Source of the DNA: Octopus sinensis
Taxonomy: Eukaryota
Direction: 5' to 3'
Assembly: GCF_006345805.1 (NCBI RefSeq)
Contig: NC_043003.1
Coordinates: 93,124,001-93,188,000 of the forward strand
Length of the DNA stretch: 64,000 bases
Part shown: in pieces, positions 1 to 15,097 of the stretch
Layout of the letters: every line of letters starts with the position of its first letter
Position numbering within the stretch: the stretch's first letter is position 1
Position numbers and translations under genes: made by a program
The notes under the pieces: generated by a model
Told to the model about the DNA's origin: nothing
What the model saw: only the letters and a program-made list of their open reading frames with translations
The model's database searches: none

Positions 1-417
1 AGTAGAAGAGTCTCATATATCGATGGACGGATGTGGATATCTAAAGACAATTTTCCAGGAAATGTATTTAACAACCAGCTTAAGGAATACATATAGTAAC
101 TAGTTCCCATGATAAATTTCTTCATTTATGGGAAGACAAACTCAGCACTGTTATTTTTGTTAAGTTTTTCACAAATGTATTGTGTAAGTAAATCTCTTAA
201 CATTTGCAAACACAACACAATGTTAAAAAGAGAGTTAACAAAAGAACAGTCTTAATTAGGTTCAATTAAATCTAGACTGAAAAAGCAAATTAAAATCACA
301 ACCTGTGGTTGAAAAAAAAAACCAATGAAGAGAGCGAAAGATAACAACCAATCGGAAACACAAACCAATGAACAAACATAAAAATGAGACCACATTAACA
401 CCAGCGAATATATTACC

Positions 418-1608
<1,191 letters not shown>

Positions 1609-1613
1609 TGTGT

Positions 1614-1675
<62 letters not shown>

Positions 1676-3225
1676 TATGCATGGAAAACAACTTTCTATT
1701 GCCCATACAAAAGACAGCTCTTTCCTATAAACATATATACCATACAGGAACATAGAATAAACCTTTGGCACGTATGGAGGACCATTTTAAAATCATATGG
1801 TGTAGATAATAAATCTAGTCTTTTTCTACAGGATGTCCAGCATTAGGCCCTCACCCGCTACGAATAGTCTATCATGCTATATATGTCCGCATATTTTCCA
1901 AGATCTGTTGTATATTTTGAAAATGAATGAATGAACTAATACGCATAAACGAATTCTTTTTATGTACTCGCAAACCTTTTCGATAGCAAATTTTTAAAGG
2001 CAAACACAACGGCACTCCAACAACTGTCCGTCTGTCTTGACGTAGCAATACCACACAAAGGCGATGTAAGAAAGTAAGAAATAACTCTGAATTACCTATT
2101 GCATATAAATACTTTTAGAATGTAAGGAATGCGTAAAACATTCCACTTTCAGCTGATGATACACTTGGATAGCACATATTTGCTTCTGTATACAGGTTAA
2201 CATAATAATATAGCAATAACATAGCTATAAATCAAACTATAAAATATTTGTAAATGGTTTTTTTCTTTTTGAGTTCTTTTATTTTAAACCATTAAACAAA
2301 TTAATTTGTCTGATCAATTTCTTTCTGTTTTTCAACACTAAGAACATTCTGTCCTATATATTATGCTATTTTAAGATACCTTTTATGATATTCTGTACTT
2401 CTTAATATTTCCTTTAAACAATAACGTTTTAGAAAAGAGATTAGGCTAAGAACATTATCTTTTTCTTATTGTCTAATTCTAGATGCCCTACTTTTCTGTG
2501 CATAGCCGGTTATTGTTTATATATTTCTCTTTATACTCTGATAACCACCAATGCATATGTTTGAGTCTAAGCTTTTGTGTTAACTTATTGTAGGAACTCA
2601 AATAAAATTCTTTCTCTATATATTTCTTAACCTTAAATATTTGTATTCTTCCAAGATCTACATTGAGATATAAGAAAACACACACATACACACACAACGA
2701 TTTTCTTTTAAATATAACAGTAATTAATATACAATATCAGGTATGTAGCACAGAAACTTATTCACCGAAGATTAAATTATAAAGAGGAAATGATGGCATT
2801 TTTAAAAATAATTTTGTAGCTGGACATGTAAGTGAAAGAGACTTAGGAGCTTGTGCCTTTTGTAAACATACATTTTATCCCGGCTGCTAATGTAAACACC
2901 GCAGATAAACTACGTCAGTGGTGAAAAAGGAGGATTAACGTAATTTATTTCAGCATTCGTTACTACTCCTGGCCACAGAGAAAATTGTATCTTATAACTA
3001 TTTATAATACTCATAAATTCCGTTAAAAGCAAAGTGACCTGTGTATTTGCATATTAGACTAGGCATTAGCAGCGTAAATTAAATAATTATGCGATGAGAG
3101 GATAATTAAAAATGTAAGGTAAACTTAGAAGTGTATTCTGTTGTGTCTGGGGAGAGTCATTTTCTTTTTGTGCCTCATGATTTAACACACTCACCGGTAA
3201 AATTTCTACTTATTCCTTATTTTTA

Positions 3226-3620
3226 TCTCTCTATATACAAAGCTGAAGTTGTCTGTGTATAGCAGGTTTGATAGCCTTCAACTAACACTATCTCCTCCGA
3301 GACCCTGCGGCACACAAGTTGACCAAAATTGAAAGTATGATAGAAGAAGGTTTGCTCTTTATTCCGTTGAAGAAAACATTCAAATCGGACCATGTTAAGA
3401 CCAAAAATTATTTACATCAAAAAGGTGCTTTTTTTTCTATGAAAATCCCTATTTTTTACGATTTTTTGACTGCTGTGTCGCCATTTTTTGGTATATTTCA
3501 ACTAGAAAAATGTTCACTTAAAGAGAATAACAAGCTACATAATGCAAAATTTTTACTTTTCAAAAATTCCAATTCTAAAGGCTCGAGACAAACCCGAGCA
3601 ACGCCGGGCGATACTGTTAG
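3226..3620 (+). mobile_element. Non-autonomous Helitron
   Basis: 5' TCTCTCTATATA, 3' hairpin CCCGAGCAACGCCGGG followed by a TTAG end (CTAG variant). Sits between host A and T, no TSD. Confidence 0.75.
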
Positions 3621-5419
3621 TTTTCCTAAAATTTTCGTTGCATCTTGCAACCTTGTTTTCAGTAAACACATTTTAGTCTTGCTTTCCAATTATAATTATA
3701 TAGAGTTCTGTAAATTGTAGATACCAACGCTTGCACAGATTATGCACATGAAGTAAGCCATTTCAGTTCTGTTTCAGTTTGTGTATATTATAATTAGCGA
3801 TTAGCTGTTATTTTCCCAGTGGTCAGAAAAGTCAGTAACTGATAGTTGATGAAGCAATAATAAATGCTAAAATTAATCATTTTGATCTGTTTTTTTTTTG
3901 GACACCCAAAGAAAAACCTGTTGCTTATATCCACAGTGCATATTTTGTATAGTGGAGATAAAATATACACTTGTAAGATGACCTTATGTGTAATGCTGCT
4001 TTTTATTTTGTCACTATATTTTTTGACAAGAAAGCAATTCTCGACAGGTGATCTTGTGGCTGTCTTTATATTTTTACGAGAAGATAATTCTTGTTAGGTA
4101 ATGGACAACAGTACAAAGAATGGATACAAAATATATAGAAACATTTCAGATTACTTTTCAAAGCTTTTTCAAACATATTTTGACAAATCACATCGTATTC
4201 GTGTAATCTACTGAGCATTACACTTCTTTTAACTTTCACTGCTTTCATACATTCAGTAATGTATGCCTGCACACGGTTTTCTTGTTTGAAAAAAGAAATT
4301 TACTAGACACAATTTAAACCATCTGTCACACATATTACCGACTGATGAAACCGTGTATATAAAATGAAATAAAAACTTGACAAGTTGTAAGAAAAACTAT
4401 CGCGAAGAATCATTTGATAACGCAAAGAGCTGTTAAATTCATTTTAAATAATAATTTTTTTGTGTGAATTATGTGACGTAAATTTCGACGCCTCATAAAA
4501 AAAAAATTAAACTTAAAGTGAATTTAATTGCTTTGGTTCTTTTACTTTGAATTTACAATCAATAATAATGTAGCCCGACAAATTCTTAAAAAGATGGAAT
4601 GGTCACAGCTGCCTGTCTTTGAACATAGGTCTGCTCATCAGGACTAATTTGGAGCTAAACCATAACAAGAACCAAGAATACTGTATTCTTGAACTAGATA
4701 CAACGGCAAAGCCTGGAATTAAGTACCTTGTGATATGTAACCGTTACTCTATCATCTCGCCTGAATGCTGCCAAATAAATTTGACGCGTGGGCGTTGAAA
4801 CTTTATTAATCAATCAAATGTTCACAATTAGGCTAAGGGTTTACTACTTTATCAAGTTAATTAAAACAATCATCTGCAAAGGTAAGCCATAATATTAATT
4901 CTAACATATTTTGAACGTCTTGCCTCTCTTGGGCATCGACAAATTCAAGCTTCGACGTTCAGCATCTCACTTGGTAAAAACCCACAAGAATATCTATCAT
5001 CTTTCCAACAACAATTTTAACTACCTTTTTGAATGCAATATTCTATCACATTTGGACACATTCATAAACTCAAAAACAGCGCAGCACTCATACTCAAAAT
5101 TGTCAAAGAATTGAATGAACTACTGGTGTCGGATGTTAGCTAAAAATCGCATATTTATTGAAATTAGCTAACACTACACTTTCCAATCGATGCAGCGTCA
5201 GTTTTTATGACTTCGTTCACTTTCGTTTTCTTTTATTTTCTTGTGTATTCTATGCATTTTTCTATTTTCATATTTTCCTGTCATTGCATTCCTATCATGA
5301 CATGATTTATTGCTGTATTTTGTTACATTCGTACCCTTTTCTGAAGCGTTGTTTTGTACCTGAGCACTGTATACAATAAGCTATTATATATTATTTTTTA
5401 TTCATTTTTCGATTCCTCT

Positions 5420-5640
5420 GTCAGATATGGCAGAAATCATTAAGCAGATTCCTTTGATATTGACGTTCATCCTTCGTATATCTGAAAATGATCAGATTAG
5501 CAGCTTTACTGTTTGTGGATTCTGAAGCGGCTTATTAGGCCATTGGCATAAAATCCACAGTTACAGTTGGGGCAAGACCTGGTGAGTCTCTCGTTTTCCG
5601 TGCAACCTTCCTATCTTTAGTTTCTCTTTTTCCGATCATT
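5420..5640 (-). mobile_element. Degenerate RTE (BovB-like) LINE 3' end
   Basis: Minus strand encodes CPNCNCGFYANGLISRFRIHK, resembling the C-terminal C2H2-like motif (CPxCxRxFxARIGLxSHxRxH) of RTE ORFs. Confidence 0.55.
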
Positions 5641-5888
5641 TATTGAGCGCTGTAGTCTAGAGAATACAGTACTTCGCCACATTGAGCTATCTTGAGCAAG
5701 ATATCCCCAAGATGTACTCATAATGAAATAAAGAAGTGTAAAACAATTACTCTGGCTTTTCCAAAATACAACTATATTTATTATAGTACTTTATGATAAG
5801 GAGGAATTTTTAAAAACGTCCCGAAGATAGACAATAAATAGTGTATACTCAGCGAATCAAACGTTTCTTTTTAATATAGACAAGAGGA

Positions 5889-6182
5889 TAAAACCCCACT
5901 TCGGTCATGAAAGACCATGGGATTACACCTAGAAAGTTACTTTCCGAATCACAGGTCCGGTCAAGGTTGTTCATGGAAGACGAGCAGCCACTCATGCATA
6001 CCAACTTCCCCTCTCCATGCCACCGATGTTGTCCAAGCGAAATACAGCTGAATGAATTGGAGCAACGTGAGATAAATTGTCTTGCTCAAGAACACAACAA
6101 AACACAGCCCGGTCCGGGAATCGAACTCACTACCTCATGATTGTGAACCCGACTCTCTAACCACTGAGCCATGCGCCTTCAC
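5889..6182 (-). mobile_element. tRNA-derived SINE with CORE-like middle
   Basis: Minus-strand head GGCGCATGGCTCAGTGGTTAG (A box) and GAGTTCGATTCCC (B box), then TTCTTGAGCAAGAC. Confidence 0.75.
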
Positions 6183-6706
6183 TAATGTAGACAAATACAG
6201 ACATATCAAATATCTCTCTTATGATAATCTTACAATATAAATTTAAATATTTATTAAAATTATCTCCGTCTCTAGAAGATGTATCGTTGTTACCAAATGG
6301 CAATTAAGACTAGCTTCACTTGAGAAGAAGAGGTAATCTCAAGATTCAAGAATTCTTCAAAATCGACATTAAAGAAACGGACACGCTTACGGTCTAGATA
6401 TGAGAGAACAGTCGTGGACGTTTCAATAGTTGTCATTAGTACAACAATTACCCGACTTTATCTCCTGTTGGCAAAGGACAACAGTTGTTGAGTTGACAAA
6501 CAATCCCACTCGAATTAGTTAAAGCCTTCATTTCACTCGGGCTGATTAATACACGGTTGTCCATAAGAAAGCTTATCAAACTTTTTTTCAGTATAATTGC
6601 CCTTTGTCTTTTACTAACATCATTTCAAATCTCTCCTTGCAACGATTCTTGCTATAGTAATTTAGTTCTGGGTTCTCACTACATCACACATCACTGCCAC
6701 ATTGCA

Positions 6707-7175
6707 GATCTGGTCATCAAAACTAAGTAGAGACTTCAAACTTGAAATCTTCAAAGCCACAGTCGAACCAATTCTACTATATGGCTCAGAAACCTGGACG
6801 TTATCAAAGAAGCTTGAGAGGCGGTTGGATGGAACCTACACTCGCCTCCTTATGAGAGCTCAAAATCTCTCGTGGAAGCGTCATCCAACCAAAATGCAAA
6901 TATATGGGAAACTACCACCTGTGTCATCTCTTGTGAAAGGTAGGAGAGTCCAGTTTGCTGGACATTGTTGTAGAGCTGAAAACGAGGCAATTTCTACTCT
7001 TCTCCTCTGGAAGCCATCTACTCGCAATACCAGAGGGCGCACACTCTCCTACCCTGATGTAATCTCCAGGGATACAGGCATCCAGCAACAGGACCTCCGT
7101 AATGCTATGATGGACCGTGAAGTCTGGCGTAACATAGTAAATTCCATTGTCTTGATCACGGTCGAACAATGATGA
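6707..7175 (+). mobile_element. 5'-truncated RTE-clade LINE, 3' end, with 12-bp TSD
   Basis: Post-RT peptide FKATVEPILLYGSETWTL...FAGHC...W. (TGA)n tail. TSD TGCCACATTGCA at 6695-6706 and 7176-7187. Confidence 0.92.
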
Positions 7176-8912
7176 TGCCACATTGCATCACATCACCAGA
7201 TGCAACTAAACACGTGATCACACTAGAACACTAACACATACGACTAATCAATGCATTATAGTACTGGTCGATCAACTTTCTAAAAATAGCAGTCAAATCG
7301 CACCTTAGTCTCTTAAAGAACGTGCGCATTAGATAATGTAGATTTACTGTTGATAGGAAAAAGATGGGGTGGCCATGACTAGAATGCATTAGAAGATAAG
7401 CTTGCTGAATCAGAGTTGACCTGGGGCTTGGTAACGATACAAACCGCAGCTATACCACAGCACAAAAGATCTCATCGTTCGATCGACAACTTTTGTACCC
7501 AAAGCTCTCCTTACTAAGAGCTGATGTGGGCCATAGACAGCGAGAGCTTTGGAAAGAAAATTTGCGAGACAAAACGAATTTTCTTCTGAAAAGAAGTTGG
7601 GGTACCCTTCTCACGACAGAAAACCACGGGCCTCTATTTTTGATCTTCGAACCCCTGAAAACAACAGCTCATAATAACCGTTATCACTATCACAAGAAAG
7701 TATGACTGGTACACAAAAGTTTGAATTAACTCTAGAAATAGAAAAAAATCCGCTTCCAAAAAGAAAAGAACTTGCCAAATTGAAAACGTTCGTATGACCC
7801 CATTGCATTAATTAACACTACTGACTATTGGACAAGACCAGATTTCAATACATGTTGTCATAACAGGTTTTCATTGCAATGAGAATTTGTTCTAATTGTT
7901 ATTGGTTGATTCAAGTTGATTCACCTATGAAATAAAGGATAACGACTGGACGTTTTCAATATACTAAACATCTTGTACGAATCAGAGGTTAAGTTGACCT
8001 AAAATTTCAGGATTTTAAAAATGTGTTAGCCTTTTTAATAGAAGAGATCTCGGCCAACAAAAGACTGGTGTCATAGGGTGTGTGTGGGTGTAGACCGCAT
8101 TGGACTACAGTATAAAAGGAGGGTTACACTAGGAGGGGTACATAAAAAAACCATATCAAAATCATATAAAACGCAAATTTAATCCATAAATGTGTCTCAT
8201 GTAGCAAATAAAGTTTAATTCTAATAGCGTTATTTTGATGTAGTTCTTAAAAGACTTTAATTTTATTACATTCTTAGAGAATTTTCACTGTAGCCTCATG
8301 AAACTATGGAGATAGATTCAGGTTGTTTGTAGGATATAATAATTTAAATGTTTAATTAAAATGTTCCTGGCTATTTATATTACTGCTATTTTCATTACAT
8401 TAGGTGATATACAAGAATTACGGTCCACAAATAAATATTAATACAGAAACTGACTGAAACAAGCAAAAGAATAAGGATTCTGTCTGAATTCTGGAAAATA
8501 AGGATTCTGTACGAGAAGCGTTTCCATAATACGGGGAATAAGATCGTAAGTTAACGCACTTAGGTATCAACATGTACTCAAGAGATGCCGCTGACTATGT
8601 GGAATTTTTGATTGGCTTGCCGGTATGAGAGGTTAGTTTCAGTAAAATTTGAGCAACTAATCATGCAGGATGGATATTTTTAATTAATACCTTGGATAGA
8701 AATATCACTATTGCAAAGTTGAATATCTTTAATGAAGTAAATGTATGGAAGTCCTTCAATACGATAAGAACGAAAAAGAACGTTATATCACGGAAGAAGT
8801 TTGCTTAGTAGACCTATACTAATTTAACTTAAGAATATTTTACATCAATAAAGAGAACACACGCTTAAACGTATTTGTTGGTGAAGCTTCTTGAAATACA
8901 GTTAATTTGTAA

Positions 8913-9463
8913 TCTCTATATATAAAACTCTAGTTGTGTGAGTGTCTGTCCCCTTCGATTTAGATTCCTAACTCCTCCCACATTTTGCGGTGCAGTTTAA
9001 CCAAATTCGGGTATCTTATAGTCGTGATTAATATCGAGCCCGTCTGGCTATTAGCGCGCGTCAACGATGAGTCTACGATTTTAAAAATAAATTAACATCA
9101 TTTTTTATTCCATTTTAATGCATAATTTTTCGTGTGTCGATGGCGGCGAAGTTGGCGTCCATGGTCACACCTGCACCTGTTTGCTTCTCCCCCTTCTTCC
9201 CTCCCTCGTGAAGCTGTGGGGAAGGGAGTTTAAGGAAATCAACGTCGTAATGCGTTGTCAAGGAGACCAGCGTTCTTTTAGAACAACGACTTCATGGCTT
9301 GAAGACACCAAAACAGAAAATGTCTACGATCAGTCAATGATTTAAAAAAAAATTTACCATAATTTTTTTCCATTTTTAATGCATTTTTTGGCTATAACTC
9401 TCTAAAAATGCTTATATAGTTATTTCCCTTACAAACCCGAGCAACGCCGGGCGATACTGCTAG
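8913..9463 (+). mobile_element. Non-autonomous Helitron
   Basis: 5' TCTCTATATATAAA, 3' CCCGAGCAACGCCGGG hairpin then CTAG. Inserted at A|T, no TSD. Confidence 0.85.
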
Positions 9464-10146
9464 TTAAATATAAAATCAGATGCAGATGGTAATAAGACAA
9501 ACCAGGGTGACTTATTATCTCTACAGGCTGTTAGAATATAAAGATGTTCTGAATGTTAATCGTTGATATGTGCTTTTAGGGCAGCCTTTATCTTTTCTCG
9601 TAACAATAAAATGATGAGAAATAAGATTGCGCAATCTAACAAGATTTTCGGCTGAGGCCTTAAAACTTAACGCGTTACGGACTTCATAAACACGGAGATT
9701 ATTAATTGTTTATTTAATTTAATTTGGGATAATTACCTGACATTTCCTGACATATGCGATCAGGAGTATACATCAATATAGGTTTAACGGTTATATTGAC
9801 TTAGCAAGAGGAAACAGGAATTTTGACATTTAAACTTTTCTAGGGAGGAATATATAAGCGAAAGGGGCGGGGAGAGAAAGTTACAACAGGTATCGAAATA
9901 GGTCGTTATTACAGTTCTATGGAAATTCACTTTGGCCTCTACGATGTATTCTTCAAAAAGCTATATAAAATCATAAACTCACCGATATCACCTTGGTCCA
10001 AATCCTTGTAATTAATTCCTTTTTCAACAAATACAGGTCGTTGTCCTTTTTTTACAATGTCCTAATTTGAAAGAAAAAAAATGTTCACAATAAATACGAT
10101 CCCAATAAATGAGTAATTTCTAAAGTTCAAAATATCATATGAATAT

Positions 10147-10242
10147 TATATCTGTTATTGAAATATCATAGCTGTTATTGAAATATCATATCTGTTATTG
10201 AAATGTCATAGCTGTTATTGAAATATCATATCTGTTATTGAA
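10147..10242. repeat. 20-bp minisatellite, about 5 units
   Basis: Unit ATATCATA(T/G)CTGTTATTGAA, with T and G variants alternating. Confidence 0.9.
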
Positions 10243-10887
10243 CTCACAATTATAACTAGGTTGATATATAACTAAGTCTACAAGACGTACGTATGTGTGT
10301 GTGTGTGTGTGTGCAAACTGGGAATGCTTATCATTCGTGTTGGAGAACTTTTAACTATTATGGCTCTAGCTAAAACATTGACTATGCCTATACTACACAC
10401 ACATATCAATATATCATCCAATATATCTTTATATAATAGGTATAGAGTGTTCAATGGTTTAAAGAGGGATCAAAGTGATGTAATGTACAATAATGTGCAT
10501 GCAAAATACTCATTTGATAAATACATTAGGAAGTAGAAATATGAATATTGAAACAAATATCAGTTTAGATGAGAAGAGGTTATGTTTCGATTGCTAACCC
10601 AAACTCATCTAGTGGTGGGATTAGTAAAGCCATTATTACACCAAACGTCGCGATTGAATCCTGTAGTTAAGTATTGTATCTGTCTATACAAATACACAAT
10701 TTAAGTGTAATGTGTTCTGTACGTAAAGAAGATTCGGCCTGTCTAAGCTCTGCATCCCCTTGTAGCCTAATACATATATTTCTTAACATAGCTTCCGTTG
10801 TAACTTTATATAAAATGCATACCAAGTACTGACAATTTGAAAGAATTAAAATAGTATATGTTTATATATTTCACATATGCATACATA

Positions 10888-11199
10888 TCACCGTGATCAC
10901 CGTGACCGACCAGGCTATCAGATGTTGCTACACAACGCTGGTCACAATGCGCTTCGCATTGTTTTAGCCTTCAAATGACGCCATGTCACTGGCTAAGCGA
11001 GCAGGCCAACAGAAGAAAGAGTGAGAGAAAGTTGTGGCGTAAGAGTACAGCAGGGATCACCACCACCCCCTGCCGGAGCCTCGTGGAGTATTAGGTGTTT
11101 TCGCTCAATAAACACTCACAACGCCCGGTCTGGGAATCGAAACCGCGATCCTACGACCGCGAGTTCCGCTGCCCTAATCATTGGGCCATTGCGCCTCCA
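10888..11199 (-). mobile_element. tRNA-derived SINE with (GTGATCACG)-type tail
   Basis: Minus-strand head GGCGCAATGGCCCAATG and GGTTTCGATTCCC. Body is shared with the SINEs at 27270 and 51366. Confidence 0.8.
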
Positions 11200-11239
11200 C
11201 ATATGCATACATATACACACGAAAATGTATAGAAACTAG

Positions 11240-11287
<48 letters not shown>

Positions 11288-11731
11288 ACACTCACACACA
11301 CACACACACACACACACAAGTTGTCTCAGCTCCATGTTACTTGAGGTTTCGTAGGCGCAGATGTTTATATGCATTTTAAGATGAAGTAATACTGAGCGGA
11401 GTCTACTTTTTATTAAATACGGACAACTTTAAATGTATGCGTTGAGAGCAACATCCTTTCGCTTGTTTACCTACATGTATGTGTGTCCGAGAATATGTGA
11501 AACCGATTAAAAGAGTACAGTCTACGTGCAATGGGGAGTGGACAATTTAACGTTTCGGATAGAACTCTTCTTCAGGAAATAGTTTACAAGAGAGAAATTA
11601 ATGACAGGCTAAATTACTGTCATTTTATTACCCTGGGTGAAAAGCTATTGTAGGCTACTGTATGTATGTGTATATGTACGTAAATGTATACATTTCTGGA
11701 TATAATACACATACATATGTATATATATATA

Positions 11732-11771
11732 TATTTGATCCAAAGTTTTCTCTTATCTATGCTGAAACTAA

Positions 11772-11810
<39 letters not shown>

Positions 11811-11830
11811 AATCTATATGTGTGTGTGTG

Positions 11831-11867
<37 letters not shown>

Positions 11868-11964
11868 CTATATGTATGTGTGTGTGTTTAATCTATATAT
11901 AGGCTTATTTTTATATATATACGTTTAGTTTCAGCATAGATAAGAGAAAACTTTGGATCAAATA
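11732..11964. repeat. 42-bp perfect inverted repeat around a microsatellite spacer
   Basis: TATTTGATCC...CTGAAACTAAAC (11732-11773) is the exact reverse complement of 11923-11964. Confidence 0.9.
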
Positions 11965-13290
11965 CACACGCATATACATATATTGAAATACTAGTATATA
12001 TTCCTTGACCTGTTAACAATAATGTTATTGTTGCCCTTGTAAGCAAATAAAGAATAACACTAATTGTTCATGTCCTTTCATTACATATGGGCTGAAGACT
12101 AAACAATTATGTTGGGTAGATTAATCGTATAACATTTTCAAGTAACTAGATAAGTCATTCGGATAAATGCAAGTAATTTCCTTGTTAGGAACATCAGCAC
12201 TCGATATTCTATACTATATGTTGTACGTTAAGTTTATTCATGCAGACAGACCACCACTATTCTCTTCCGTTTTTACTGATTTTTTTTGCTCCCTAATCTT
12301 TCCGCTATCTCACTTCAGAGTAAGAAAGACCCGCTAGTTTCATTGATGCCACAGTAATCTGTCCTTTTACCTCTCTTTAAAGCATTATGAGCGAGGATCT
12401 GAGCAATGTAACTGCCCAAATTAATCCTGGAAGGATGAAAGACAAAAGTTAACTTCGACAGGATTTGAACCTCATGCACAAAGAACAACAACCACAAGGT
12501 ATTTGTCCAGTGCTCTGACTACTGTTTCAACTGACCACCGCAAGTTCCCAATTCTGTAGTATTTAGTTAAAGAGGTTCAGCACTAGATAAGTATTATGTA
12601 TACTGTTAGAGCCGGCGCTAGGAAGTGCGATTAGGACATTGTCAATGGGACCCTCTACTCTACCAAAACTGAAGATTGATGTTTTATGCTTTGTGTAGTT
12701 CGCCATTCAAACCAAAACGCGTTGAGGGCTTGAGGCTCCACCATTAACCACAATTATATACTAAAAATTCATTATATTGTCCTCCGTTCGAGGGTGTGCA
12801 TGGGGCCCTCTCTTGGCGTGGGGAACCAATTTGAACACATCTGTTTAAACCAGCCCCGATACTGTTTAAATTAGTCGGACTGGTGGCTTCATCTTCATTG
12901 TCATTTTCACTATTATAAACAAAATACATAATATAAATTCATCATCTCAGCCTGATAGATATGTACTAGACAAAAATTTATTTTTGATATCGTTGCTGAT
13001 GATACAACACTTATATTCCGGTTAACCCGAACAGGATTACTATTATTTTTCTTTCTTCGTACAACGTAAAGACAACGGGGTTTTATATTGCGCATCCATT
13101 CAAAATAGCACGCGTCCTGATTACGGGGCGGCAGGTCTTCGTAGAAGTCGTTTGGTAACTGTCTATTACTGAATGGTCAGTCAGTCGGCTCACCATATAG
13201 AGATGATGTACAAATCCTTCACTCAGTTTTCTATTATCCCTACAAAGCATCCTTCATGTGAATGGTATATCATATAAATCATATAAATGT

Positions 13291-13525
13291 AAGGTGGCGA
13301 GCTGGCAGAAACGTTAGCACACCGGGCGAAATGCGTAGCCGTATTTCGTCTGCCGTTACGTTGTGAGTTCAAATTCCGCCGAGGTCGACTTTGCCTTTCA
13401 TCCTTTCGGGGTCGATAAATTAAGTACCAGTTACGCACTGGGGTCGATGTAATCAACTTAATCCCTTTATCTGTCCTTGTTTGTCCTCTCTGTGTTTAAC
13501 CCCTTGTGGGTAGTAAAGAAATAGG
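13291..13525 (+). mobile_element. tRNA-derived SINE family A (dominant family), full length
   Basis: GGCGAGCTGGCAGAA head, GAGTTCAAATTCC B box, GTCGACTTTGCCTTTCATCCTTTCGGGGTCGATAAA core (recalled as Meta-domain-like) and GTCTGTCCTTGTTTGTCC tail. More than 15 related copies in the window. Confidence 0.9.
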
Positions 13526-15045
13526 TATATCATAAAAATCAAACCAATGGACTGATATAACTATGTTCATCAACACCGGAAGGATAAAACGCAAAGTTGA
13601 CATCACTGAGATTTTAATTTGGAATGAAAAGATTCGTAACTAGAAATTTTGTCTGCAATCCAAACGATTCAGTCAACCCACCGTTTTGCAATAGATTTCT
13701 TTTGGCACGAGATTGCAATGGATTTCTTTTTGCAGCAGTGGATTTTACTCGATTAGAATAAGCTTAATATATTACTCAAAAGAGAATTAACGAGTGGGCC
13801 CTTGTGGTAGCTCGACTTGTTAGCAATAACTGTTAAATTTCCCTCATATCAAGTCCTATCATCTTAAAAATATCCTTAACTTAATTACGTTTGTGTATAA
13901 ATCGTTAGCAACCCGGACAAAATGCTTAGAAGTATTTTGTCTGAGTTCAAATTCCGCCGTGGTCGAATTTGCTTTTCATCCTTTTGGGGGTCGATAAAAA
14001 ATGTACCGTTTGAGCACTAGGGTCGATGTAATCGACTAGCCCTCTCCATCAAAACTTCAAGCCTTATGCGTATCATAGAAAAGATTAATCAGACTGCTGT
14101 ATTAGCACACCGGACGAAATCATTAGCGTTATTTTGTCCGTCTTTACGCTCTGAGTTCAAATGTCACAGATGTCGACTTTGCCTTTTATCCTTTTGGGGT
14201 CGATAAAAAAGTACCAATTGAGTCGATGTCATCGACTTCAACACCTTTCAAAATAACTGGCCTTGTGCCAAAATAAGAAAGGATTAATTACACTTGTGCA
14301 TGTAGGTGTAAGCTCGAAGTCCCGGTGTCAATCCCACTGCGTGGCCCCATGGGGAAACGTCTGGTAGATTGCTTTGGTATTTTAAAAAGTACAGCTTTGT
14401 CACACAGTGTATCATGTTGATTCAATCACTTACACGTTAAATCAAGAGGAGGTAATTCAGTTGGCCGAACGAGCTGAATCCTCGTCATCGAACGACAGAT
14501 ACCCACCATCATTTGTGTATGACAAATGAACGAAGAACACGTTTCAACACGTTTTTCATGACGCTCAAACATCAATATGGATTATATATTTAAAAACCCC
14601 AGGCGCACCGTTTGTGAATATGCTGTAAACTATAACACATTTGCTCCAACACAACCGATATTACTAGTACAACAACATTGATTTCTTGCATAAGCCCAAC
14701 AATTCATATATAGGTAAAGATTAGAATATCGGATTTAATCCTTTAACTTTGCTTACTTCTTTCGTGATCTCTAAATTCTGAATTCAGACTCAATGTCGAT
14801 TGATCAGATCAAACGTAGTATGCGTGTCATTATACTGCAACACCGGGTTCAAATGCTGTTAATATGATTTAGTAAAATGGCGAGCTTCGATGAGATTAAT
14901 TGCTTTAAAAGTCTTTTGCTGTTGGTCCTATGACATAATGAATTATGGGAATTCTCCAAAGTTTTATCGATCCATGCCGAATGGAAACCAAAGACCATCG
15001 AGGTCAGATTTGAACCCAACTCGAAACGCTTCTCTCTCTCTCTCT

Positions 15046-15097
<52 letters not shown>

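Noticed and set aside
2010-2045. Minus-strand QTDSCWSA resembling the calpain catalytic QG.LG(D/N)CW motif
   Set aside because: Glycines are missing, a stop follows shortly and there is no convincing splice context.
6100-6182. tRNA-like A/B boxes here and at other SINE heads
   Set aside because: They continue into multi-copy SINE bodies and form no cloverleaf.
10147-10242. Regular 20-bp repeats as a possible CRISPR array
   Set aside because: There are no unique spacers and the context is eukaryotic; it is a minisatellite.
12744-12929. Possible exon after a TTTTGTTTATAATAG acceptor-like site
   Set aside because: No donor or protein similarity was recognised, and the neighbouring sequence looks like a DNA-transposon end.
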